Origin: a virus
Lineage: Duplodnaviria > Caudoviricetes
Virus record (IMG/VR): IMGVR_UViG_3300008085_000002
Location: 10 to 64,009 of that record
Length of the DNA: 64,000 nt
Direction: 5' to 3' (one strand)
Position 1 is the stretch's first letter, and each line of letters opens with the position of its first letter. The translations under genes and the position numbers were made by a program. This document shows, piece after piece, positions 56,550 through 64,000 of the stretch. The notes below the pieces were generated by a model. The model worked only from the letters and a program-made list of their open reading frames with translations. It searched no databases and was not told the origin of the DNA.

Positions 56550-57104
56550 TTACTCAGGGTCCTTGAAGTCGATCTTGCTGGACCGCTGGCGGTACACCCC
56601 GAACGTGTCGAGCGGGATGTCAACACCCTCCTGCAGCTGTTCGGTGACGAAGCTGGCGAGGGTGGAGGGGTGGACGCCCTGCTTGAGAGCGTACTTGAGC
56701 TTCTTCTTGCGCTTGTTGAGGTCGGCCTCGAATTTCTTGGCCCATGCCTCGTCGCCCTTGCCAAACTCGATCTTGAATTCGCGCTTGACGAGCTTGCCAT
56801 GGCCGTGCTCTTCGAGCCAGGCGAATGCCTTGTCGGCAGTGGCGGTGGGGATGGAGCCCCTGATCTTCTCGACGATCTTCACCTTGATGCCGTCGCGCGT
56901 GGTGCACTCCTTGACCTCTGCCTCATCCATGAGGGCAGGCAGCTGGTGCTCGCTGATGTCGCGAAGGCGCTCCTGGGCCTTCTTGAGAGCTTCCTCGCAC
57001 CGGGCGACCTCAGCTTCGGCCTCCTTCTGGTCGAGGGCTAGGCCGCTGATACGAGCCAGGACGTTGTCGCCGGGCCCATCCTTGAAGTCGCTGTAGTCGT
57101 GCAT
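56550..57104 (-). CDS. Conserved replication-region protein
   Basis: AFAWLEEHGHGKLVK...VHPSTLASFVTE motif. Confidence 0.55.
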   Translation of the reverse strand: MHDYSDFKDGPGDNVLARISGLALDQKEAEAEVARCEEALKKAQERLRDISEHQLPALMDEAEVKECTTRDGIKVKIVEKIRGSIPTATADKAFAWLEEHGHGKLVKREFKIEFGKGDEAWAKKFEADLNKRKKKLKYALKQGVHPSTLASFVTEQLQEGVDIPLDTFGVYRQRSSKIDFKDPE

Positions 57105-57195
57105 GAGGTTCTCCGTTTCTGAGGGTGGTTAGGGCCCGCTCCGCACTGGTCGAAGCGGGCCCCTGGGTTCGGCTACCCACCTGCAGCCATGTTGT

Positions 57196-57567
57196 CTACG
57201 CCGCCTCGTCTTGGCAATCAGCAAAGACGCCCTGGGCCTTTACCGGGATGTACGTGTGCTTCGCACCGGACCACTGCAGCATGTTGACACAGCCGTCATT
57301 GAAGTCGGCCGCAATGGCGGTAGCCAAGCCCAGGAGCACGGGGTTGCCGACCAGCAGCAGGTGGTCGTCATCACCAAAGTCCTTGAGCCGCTCCTGGAGC
57401 TCCTTGAGCACCGGAGCCAGGTTGAAGGGACTGGCATTCGAGCCCAGGAGGAACACGAGCTCCCCGTGCTCGGCAGCCGGGGTGAAGTCGAACTTGGGCT
57501 TGAGTTGGCCGTCCTTGGGGTCCACCCACTTGGTGTCCTGAACGATATAGACCTTGCTCATAGCCAT
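57196..57567 (-). CDS. Conserved hypothetical protein
   Basis: DFTPAAEHGELVFLL...DDHLLLVGNP motif. Confidence 0.55.
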   Translation of the reverse strand: MAMSKVYIVQDTKWVDPKDGQLKPKFDFTPAAEHGELVFLLGSNASPFNLAPVLKELQERLKDFGDDDHLLLVGNPVLLGLATAIAADFNDGCVNMLQWSGAKHTYIPVKAQGVFADCQDEAA

Positions 57568-59036
57568 TCCCTAAGCGTGTCGCCCGTGATCTGGGCAGCA
57601 ATGTCGAACTTGCGCCGAAGCGACTTGATGATGTGGCGAGCCACGGTCTGGCGGCCGCCTGGCAGCTGCCCCTCGAAGTCAATATAGTTGACCGGGTGCT
57701 CCTGGCCAATACGGTGCGCGCGGTCTTCGCTCTGCAGCCGCTCGATCAGCTTGAAGCTGTTGGTAGCGTACATGACCGTGCGCGCCTGGACCAGGGTGAG
57801 GCCGGTGCCGCCCTTCTGAGCGTTGGCCACGAAGAACTGCGCATCCCCGCCCTGGAAGGCGAGCTTGGACCGCTCGCAAGCGTCGTCGTCCATCGTACCA
57901 TCGTACCGCACAGCCGACTTGCCGAGCCGGTCCATGATCTGGTCGATGTCCTTGGTGAACCGGCTCCAGATGATGGCCGGGTGAGACAGGCCCTCAGCCA
58001 CCTCTTCGACCTGGTCCATCAGCGGATTGCGGTTGCCGAGCAGGCGCACCGGCTCTTCATCGTCGTCGGTGTAGGCGTAGCCGCTGATGATCTGCTGCAG
58101 GCGCAGGAGCCTGACGATTGCCAGGTTGCCGTCGATCATCGCGCCGTCTTCGAGCTCGGCTTCATACTCGTCACGAAGCTGCTCGTAGAGGGAGGCCTGC
58201 TGGCCTTCGAGCTCGAAGTACCGGGTGCTGTAGAGCTTGGACGGCAGGTCCAGCACCTCGTCCTTGGTGACCCGGCTGCTGACGCTCTGCAGGATGGTCT
58301 TGAGCTCGTCGAGGTTCTTGTACTCGATCAGCTTGTCAAAGCCAGGGTCATAGCCGAGCTCTTTCTCGCACTCAGCGCGGGTAAACCAGTCGCCGAAGTG
58401 GAACTTGAACGTCCGGAAGCTGTCGAGCTCGTGACGCTTCCAGATGTCCTCGTCCAGGAACTTGAGTTGGCTGTAGAGGTCGAAGGGGCCGACCGCCACC
58501 GGAGTGCCAGTGAGCAGGCGGCGGTAGGGGGCGTACTTGCCACTGGCGACCAGCGCCTTGGTGCGCTTGGCCTTGGGGGTCTTGATGTTGTGACCCTCGT
58601 CCATGACGTAGAGGCAGCGCCGCTGGCGCAGGAATTTCCACAGGTACTTCTTGGCGATCTCGGTCACCGCGCCGTCGTAGGAGAGCAGTAGCCAGGCGAG
58701 CCCCTTGTGCTTGAGCAGCGCCTCACGGTCCTTGGTGACCCCGACGTTCCGGGCCTTCTGACTGTTCCACACGTGCGCTCGCGACACGCGCGCCACGCGG
58801 TCAGGGAGGTGCACCGGGAGCTCGTCGCTGAGCCAGTTGCGGTGGACCCCGCTGGGCGCGACCACAATCACTGCGTCGATCTCGCCTTTCTCGTAGAGGT
58901 AGGCGGCCGTGTCGATGGTGGGCTTGGTCTTGCCACAGCCCTGCTCCCACAGGATGCCGTAGGAGGCCATGTCCTTGCTGAGCTCGAAGGTCTCGGCCTG
59001 GTGCTTGAACGGGGTGGATTTGAACTCGTAGGACAC
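57558..59036 (-). CDS. SNF2-like SF2 helicase
   Basis: PFKHQ, EQGCGKT, MDEGHNIK, LTGTPV, GGTGLTL, QSEDRAHRIGQ. Confidence 0.92.
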   Translation of the reverse strand: MSYEFKSTPFKHQAETFELSKDMASYGILWEQGCGKTKPTIDTAAYLYEKGEIDAVIVVAPSGVHRNWLSDELPVHLPDRVARVSRAHVWNSQKARNVGVTKDREALLKHKGLAWLLLSYDGAVTEIAKKYLWKFLRQRRCLYVMDEGHNIKTPKAKRTKALVASGKYAPYRRLLTGTPVAVGPFDLYSQLKFLDEDIWKRHELDSFRTFKFHFGDWFTRAECEKELGYDPGFDKLIEYKNLDELKTILQSVSSRVTKDEVLDLPSKLYSTRYFELEGQQASLYEQLRDEYEAELEDGAMIDGNLAIVRLLRLQQIISGYAYTDDDEEPVRLLGNRNPLMDQVEEVAEGLSHPAIIWSRFTKDIDQIMDRLGKSAVRYDGTMDDDACERSKLAFQGGDAQFFVANAQKGGTGLTLVQARTVMYATNSFKLIERLQSEDRAHRIGQEHPVNYIDFEGQLPGGRQTVARHIIKSLRRKFDIAAQITGDTLREWL

Positions 59037-59061
59037 GCGGTGCTCCTTTTCTATGCAGGCG

Positions 59062-59091
59062 ACGATGCGCTGGCCTGGGCCCCGAACGCAA
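59062..59091 (-). promoter_or_regulatory. Putative promoter of the replication block
   Basis: GATTGCGTT...; TTGCGT-N18-CATCGT as at 32097; AGAAAAGGAG RBS. Confidence 0.55.
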
Positions 59092-59170
59092 TCAGGTCCG
59101 GTGCTCGACTGGCTGGACCTAAGCCCAGGGAGGTGGTGGAAGTCGAGCGAGGAAAAACCGTGGCAGCCGT

Positions 59171-59345
59171 AGGGCTATATCTACTTACTCTACTTACTCT
59201 ACTAAGAAGAAGAGTAGAGTAACTAGGGAGCCCTTGGCGACCCTTGGGCTGTTTCCCTAGCGAACCGGAAACCAGTCGAGCAGGTCGGCAAGTCGAGCGC
59301 GGCACACCTAAGCCCTTGGGCTTGTAGGCAAATACCGCGCTCGAC
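59171..59345. repeat. 175-bp non-coding element, copy B
   Basis: Direct-orientation copy of 22937-23111. Confidence 0.92.
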
Positions 59346-59353
59346 CTATGCGC

Positions 59354-59689
59354 TTAACCTGAGGGCGGCTCGACCTGTTGCCCCGGCTGCTGGAGCTTGG
59401 CCTGGGGAGCCAGGCGCAGGTAGCTGACCAGCATGAAGGCGAAGAAGCCCGCAAACGGTGCGAGCAGCAGGTTCCAGGGGTCCGGCAGCTTGCCGACCAG
59501 AGCATGTACGATCTGGCCATTGTCGGCGATGATGTAGCTGATGGCGAACGAGACCGCCAGGTTCAGCTGCTGAGACCAGAGCTTGAGGCTCGACATCAGC
59601 GGCATGAGAGCCTTCGGTCGCAGATGGACGTAGAGCGCGACGGCAGCGGCCGCCAGTGCGAGTGCGATGATAATCCAGAGCATTGGCAC
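59354..59689 (-). CDS. Membrane protein of the lysis cassette (holin or antiholin candidate)
   Basis: Three hydrophobic segments; directly after the endolysin gene. Confidence 0.55.
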   Translation of the reverse strand: MPMLWIIIALALAAAAVALYVHLRPKALMPLMSSLKLWSQQLNLAVSFAISYIIADNGQIVHALVGKLPDPWNLLLAPFAGFFAFMLVSYLRLAPQAKLQQPGQQVEPPSG

Positions 59690-59692
59690 CTC

Positions 59693-60166
59693 CTATGCCA
59701 GTTGGTAGTGCGGGCCGTCGATGAAGGCGGTGCGGCCCAGAGCGCGACGGCGGTCGACGTAACCGTTGACCGCTGCCTTCATCGCGGCTTCGGAGCCGCC
59801 GTACTCGTCCATGCGCTTGTCCCAGACGCCACCCCAGAGCAGCTTCACGTCAAGGGCCTGGGCCGCGTCGTCGACCGCGTGAGCGATCTTGTAGATGGGC
59901 GGCCATTCCCAGCGCGGCTGACCGTTGATCCATGGCACCAGGTCGACCGCATGGCCGAAGCCGTCAGGCTGCTTGAGGTGCTTGCTGTTGAGGGTCTTGG
60001 ACGCGCCCCGGCGCACGTACTCTTTCTGCGTGGCGAGGGTGCGCAGCCCTTCCTGGACGGTGAAGTCCTGCTCGGTGAGCTCGATGGCTCGCTTCACGAC
60101 GCGCACGAGGTCAGGGTGGACGCCTTCGAGGTTCTTGAGGCTCCGGGAGCCGAGTACGTAGGCCAT
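59693..60166 (-). CDS. Endolysin, M15 family (L-Ala-D-Glu) peptidase
   Basis: LEGVHPDL, EGLRT, SKHL, GHAVDL, DGPHYQL. Confidence 0.9.
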   Translation of the reverse strand: MAYVLGSRSLKNLEGVHPDLVRVVKRAIELTEQDFTVQEGLRTLATQKEYVRRGASKTLNSKHLKQPDGFGHAVDLVPWINGQPRWEWPPIYKIAHAVDDAAQALDVKLLWGGVWDKRMDEYGGSEAAMKAAVNGYVDRRRALGRTAFIDGPHYQLA

Positions 60167-60170
60167 TGTG

Positions 60171-60422
60171 CTATCCTTTCACGAGGGCCCGGAAGCCCAG
60201 CCAGATGGCGGCTAGGATGCCAGACAGGAATACGGTCAGGGTGGTGAGCATCGCCTTGCTCTTGACGCTCTCCATGCTCTTTCGCCATTCTCGCAGGTGC
60301 TGCATGTCTTTCTGCATCTCCAGCGGGTCAAGCGTGGAGATGCCCAGCTGAATGAGCGTTTGTCGTACGCTCTCAGCAACGATGCGTTCTAGCTCGTCGC
60401 GGGTCTCCGGGTCGATAGCCAT
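60171..60422 (-). CDS. Holin candidate (single C-terminal transmembrane segment)
   Basis: 83 aa upstream of the endolysin gene; AMLTTLTVFLSGILAAIWLGF. Confidence 0.55.
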   Translation of the reverse strand: MAIDPETRDELERIVAESVRQTLIQLGISTLDPLEMQKDMQHLREWRKSMESVKSKAMLTTLTVFLSGILAAIWLGFRALVKG

Positions 60423-60427
60423 AGAAC

Positions 60428-60712
60428 TCACCTCGGCCAGGAGGTCACGAGCCCTGCTTGGCGACGCGAACACTCTGCGCCCCACTGGTAGAGCGCCTGG
60501 AAGTTGGCGAGCGCCTGAGCGGCCGTCATCGTGCCGTCTTCGCTCTGCAGGAGCACAGGCGGGTTGCCGCATAGCTCAGCCAACCTGGGGTCAGGGTCAG
60601 GGATTGGAGCCGGGGCTGCCGGGGGAGGTGGTGGCAGCGGCTCGGGCCTGTTGGAGGATGCGCACCCCGTCAGCGTCAAGGCAGACAGCAGTGCCAGCAG
60701 GGGTACTCGCAT
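60428..60712 (-). CDS. o-spanin (Rz1-like lipoprotein)
   Basis: LTLTGC lipobox, Pro-rich; overlaps the i-spanin 3' end. Confidence 0.8.
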   Translation of the reverse strand: MRVPLLALLSALTLTGCASSNRPEPLPPPPPAAPAPIPDPDPRLAELCGNPPVLLQSEDGTMTAAQALANFQALYQWGAECSRRQAGLVTSWPR

Positions 60713-61034
60713 AACGCTCGATCTCCTCAGTGGTCTGTTGCACCAAGGCCTGCCGAGCAGAGATGTCTGCAAGGTAGCCCTCGACGGCGGTGTTGTTAGC
60801 CTTCATCTGCTCCGCAAGCCGGTCAATGGCCTGGGCCGCTTCCGTGTTCCGCGTCTGCAGCCATGCCGCGTTGGCCTGCTGCTGACCGGACTTGTAGGCG
60901 TCGTCATAAATCTCTTGACGCCAGTCCTTGACCGAGTTGATCCCCTGGACGATCAGGTATGCTAGGGCAACGGCTAGAACACCGACCCCGATCCAGCGCC
61001 AGGGCAATCCTTTGAAGAAAGCGAGAGCGGGCAT
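60597..61034 (-). CDS. i-spanin (Rz-like)
   Basis: N-terminal transmembrane segment, coiled coil, C-terminal VCLDADGVRIL. Confidence 0.8.
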   Translation of the reverse strand: MPALAFFKGLPWRWIGVGVLAVALAYLIVQGINSVKDWRQEIYDDAYKSGQQQANAAWLQTRNTEAAQAIDRLAEQMKANNTAVEGYLADISARQALVQQTTEEIERYASTPAGTAVCLDADGVRILQQARAAATTSPGSPGSNP

Positions 61035-61111
61035 TGATGCACCTCCGATGGGGTCGAGAGATGCCCCAGCCGGGCTGCGAGAGCAACCGTTTGATCTCTT
61101 GGCGGTTCCCC

Positions 61112-63886
61112 TTAGACCGTGGTCGGCAGCTTGCCGGTCGGGGCCGTGAAGCCAGCCGTGTAGCGCGCCAGGCCCTTGGTGACCCGGAGCTCGGTGATGT
61201 AGCCCTGGAGCTCATTGTCAACCGACGACGAGCTTGCAGAGCGGATGGCACCAATCCAGAAATTCGAGCTCCCGGCCTCGTAAACCGTGTTCGCCTGATT
61301 GTCGGTGGAACCGCTTTGGGTGCCGTCGACGAAGTGGCGATGGTCATCACCTTCACGGGTGATTGCGAGGTGGTAGAAGGTGCTAAGGGTCGGCAGGTAC
61401 GTTCCCGAAACCACCTGAGCATTGGCGGTCGAGCCATTGGTCCACGTTGCCCAGACAAGCTCATCAGGACCTGTCGTCTGCCAGGCCCAGTAGAAGCACC
61501 GGGTGGAGGCATTGGCGTTGTACCGGCTGAAGATCGACCGGGTGGTGGTGAGTGCCTCGAACCGCACGTGAGCTTCGAGCGTGAAGTCATCATTTGCGAA
61601 GTGCAGGTACTGGTTATCGGGAATTTGATAGATGTCGTCTGCGCCGTCAAGGTTGATCGAGCCGTCGCAGTCACCCGGTTTCACAGCAGTGGTGCCTGCA
61701 GCGTTGCTGTTCGGGATCATGTGCCAGTCGAATGGGCTGGCGTCGTAAACCTTGCCGGTTGCGTCGACGCGGGCCAGCAGCATGACCTTGTCAAAGTCAG
61801 GGTCATCCAAGACCGTGTCGTCTTGTGTGACCGAGAGCGGCACGGTTGGCACGGTGTAAGTCGACGAAACCGCCCCGGCATAACGGCAGGCGCGGGTGAA
61901 GCGAGCCGCCAGAAAGCGGCCGTCGAAGCACGCAGAGCCAAGCAGGCTGTCCGACTGGTAGTGGCCGCCGATAACAAGGTATGAACCACTTGTGGCGCGG
62001 TACCATGCACCCGTGTAGGCTTGAACAGCGACGCATGTTCCATCAATGAACAAACGAAGATCAGCACCATCCCATGACCACGCAAGGTCATATTCAGTGC
62101 CATCTGTAGCTGGCGTCCATGTGTAACTAATGGTCGTTGATGGAGAACCTGTACCAGCGGAGTATACCGAAAGACGGAGTTGTGTTCCCGTGTATGTGAA
62201 TAGCCAGCTACGATTATCTGCAGCATCTGCGTTATACAGGCTAGCAAGGCTCTCGGCTCCGGTACCATCGAACTCGACCCCGAACATTTCAAAGGTCGCA
62301 GCATTTGCTGGTGCCCAGATGGGGTCGTTAGCTACACCAATGCGCAAGGCGTCGTTGACACCATCAAGCTCGAACTTACCACTGGTTACTTGAGCTCCAT
62401 TCAGGTAGGTAATCGCATGTGCGTGGCGGCTCTGATCATTGGCGTAAGTCGTGCCATCGGGGAAGCCGCTGGCGTCTACCAGCATGTGGGTCCAGAGGAA
62501 GTACTCATCGACCTCAGGCGCGCCGTAGATGAACGAATGCGAGGGGGCCTGCCAGGAGTACAAGCTGTCCCGCTTCGAGTGCACCTCCACCTTCACGGTG
62601 TCCCCGGCCGCCACCGGGGTCCAGGTCGTGCTCGTGCCTGCGATGTCGTCCTCAGTGTGAACGAGCACGTCGTTGATGTAGCCTTGCAGCCGGTACGCTT
62701 GCCCCGCCTCTGGGCCAATGTCTCCATCGAAGTGGTCAGCGAGCGAGCCAGAAGTCTGCTGAGTGCGAGAGCGGTGAGCCCAGGCGATGGTGAGCTCTCC
62801 GGAGTAAGTGTTGTCGAAGTAGCTCTCGCCATTGATCGTCAAGTTGCCAGGCGGGTAGGGCAGGAAGGCCCGGCCGATCATGGTGAGCTCAAGCTCATTC
62901 GCCTCAGCGAGCGAAACCTGACCAGCCCCAGAGATGGGGGTGATCTTGCCGTCGATCGTCTCACTGGAAATATATTCGGTGGGGTCGATCCCAGCGTAAA
63001 GGTCCCAGAAGAACACCCGCGCCCCAGTCAGGTGCGCCTCAGGCACCGTGTCGAGGCAGCCCCGACCGATCGTGACCGCACCAGTCGTGGCGTCAATGGC
63101 GTCGACCCGGATGAGCTCGTCGCCTATCTGACCGTGTGAGCCAATGGGTACAAGGTCCAGGTCGTTGGCGTTCTCCAGCACGATGGCTGTATCCAGCTTG
63201 TCAATATCTGCGTCGATTGTGCCGCTCGGAGCGAAGTCGAAGTTACCCACGCTCTCGTAGCCAGCACCGGCATTAGTCCACAACAGCGCATTGATGGCCG
63301 AGCCCGGCCGTGCGGCTGCAGCGCCCAGGAAGGCGATGTCGTTGTTGGACGTGATCATGCTATCGGCGTCGGTCTGCCCCTGGGCCTGCACCAATTCGTA
63401 GTAAGGCACCTCGAACAGGAGCTCAGCACCGCTCTCCAGCGCCGTCGGGGGAGTGGAGGGGTCGGTCCAGCCGCCGCCTGGGTTGCCCACCACCTGGCCA
63501 ATGTTGGCCGGGGTAGCGAACACATCTTCGACGCAGGTCAAGCGCACCTGGTTGCTCTTGCCGTCGCCCAGAGCGAAGCCGATCACCCGCATGATCTTGT
63601 TCGAGATGTTCCACTTGCCCCAGGAGAGCTTGAACACATCGCCAATGTCCAAGTCGCGCGCGTCTTCACCAGCGAAGACGGTGCAGCTGAGGAAGGGCGA
63701 AGACAGGGCACGAAGGTCTCGAGAAGCAGCCGTAGCCGCGATCGTGAGATTGGAGAAGCCTGGGTACTGGATGGTGGTGTTGATTACCGCGCCCTGCTGC
63801 TGGACGCCAGCCGGGTCCTGCACCGTGACGCTGTCATCCTTGCCGGTGAGCCCGTTCCAGAACTGCACCGTGACGGAATTCACGAG
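61112..63886 (-). CDS. Central tail / host-specificity protein, 3' part with two tandem LamG/ConA-like domains
   Basis: Continuous with 1..1227; C-terminal NDDFTLEAHVRF...FYHLAITREG...FVDGT...GYITELRVTKGLARY. Confidence 0.88.
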   Translation of the reverse strand, partial: LVNSVTVQFWNGLTGKDDSVTVQDPAGVQQQGAVINTTIQYPGFSNLTIAATAASRDLRALSSPFLSCTVFAGEDARDLDIGDVFKLSWGKWNISNKIMRVIGFALGDGKSNQVRLTCVEDVFATPANIGQVVGNPGGGWTDPSTPPTALESGAELLFEVPYYELVQAQGQTDADSMITSNNDIAFLGAAAARPGSAINALLWTNAGAGYESVGNFDFAPSGTIDADIDKLDTAIVLENANDLDLVPIGSHGQIGDELIRVDAIDATTGAVTIGRGCLDTVPEAHLTGARVFFWDLYAGIDPTEYISSETIDGKITPISGAGQVSLAEANELELTMIGRAFLPYPPGNLTINGESYFDNTYSGELTIAWAHRSRTQQTSGSLADHFDGDIGPEAGQAYRLQGYINDVLVHTEDDIAGTSTTWTPVAAGDTVKVEVHSKRDSLYSWQAPSHSFIYGAPEVDEYFLWTHMLVDASGFPDGTTYANDQSRHAHAITYLNGAQVTSGKFELDGVNDALRIGVANDPIWAPANAATFEMFGVEFDGTGAESLASLYNADAADNRSWLFTYTGTQLRLSVYSAGTGSPSTTISYTWTPATDGTEYDLAWSWDGADLRLFIDGTCVAVQAYTGAWYRATSGSYLVIGGHYQSDSLLGSACFDGRFLAARFTRACRYAGAVSSTYTVPTVPLSVTQDDTVLDDPDFDKVMLLARVDATGKVYDASPFDWHMIPNSNAAGTTAVKPGDCDGSINLDGADDIYQIPDNQYLHFANDDFTLEAHVRFEALTTTRSIFSRYNANASTRCFYWAWQTTGPDELVWATWTNGSTANAQVVSGTYLPTLSTFYHLAITREGDDHRHFVDGTQSGSTDNQANTVYEAGSSNFWIGAIRSASSSSVDNELQGYITELRVTKGLARYTAGFTAPTGKLPTTV

Positions 63887-64000
63887 CTCGCCAAAGGCCG
63901 AACGAGAGGGGTTGGAGACGTTGTCGACGTTGCTCTCGTTGAGCTCGATCAGCGAGCCCTCGTCGTAGCCGCCCCGGATCAGCTTGAGCACGAATTTGCC
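63887..64000. repeat. Terminal overlap, copy 2 (identical to 1-114)
   Basis: Direct sequence identity. Confidence 0.97.

Noticed and set aside
148-63968. Many long plus-strand ORFs (e.g. 148..1392, 5138..6592, 8350..10242, 19038..20780, 40793..42289, 55492..57096)
   Set aside because: They are antisense shadows of high-GC minus-strand genes, with no recognisable motifs or RBS and full overlap with well-supported CDSs.
63887-64000. Terminal repeat as a biological direct terminal repeat
   Set aside because: It lies in the middle of the tail CDS, which fits assembler overlap or window wrap-around better than physical ends.
1-64000. Apparent abundance of GAGCTC sites
   Set aside because: Explained by Glu-Leu (GAG CTC) codon pairs in high-GC genes; enrichment was not computed.

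Overview
The window is a complete, circularly permuted genome (about 63,886 bp; bases 1-114 are repeated at 63887-64000) of a high-GC siphovirus with YuA/M6/PaMx11-like organisation. All genes I can support lie on the minus strand. In transcription order (right to left) the blocks are: central tail and lysis genes (64.0-59.3 kb); replication and nucleotide metabolism (SNF2 and RecD-like helicases, class Ia RNR with an NrdB-glutaredoxin fusion, a thymidine hypermodification operon, PolA, dCTP deaminase, RepB-type primase-helicase; 59.0-37.4 kb); many small early/accessory genes (37.4-23.1 kb); packaging, head and tail genes (22.8-0 kb). I found no integrase or CI-like repressor, so the phage is probably lytic. 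Three features point to an alphaproteobacterial host: a GcrA-like gene, a near-consensus CtrA box and an alpha-type tmRNA. The main observations not shown in the ORF track are: (1) a phage-encoded two-piece (permuted) tmRNA at ~15288-15614 with a G3:U70 alanine acceptor stem and tag (A)VNDNEPAMAHRLAA; (2) a leaderless Flp/Tad-pilin-like 51-aa ORF downstream of a CtrA box; (3) a hypermodification operon with a flavin lyase but no recognisable acetyltransferase, predicting 5-aminomethyl-dU; (4) two copies of a 175-bp hairpin/iteron-like element at the boundaries of the genome blocks; (5) a gene split by a single in-frame TAG. Family assignments come from motif recognition by eye, not database searches.
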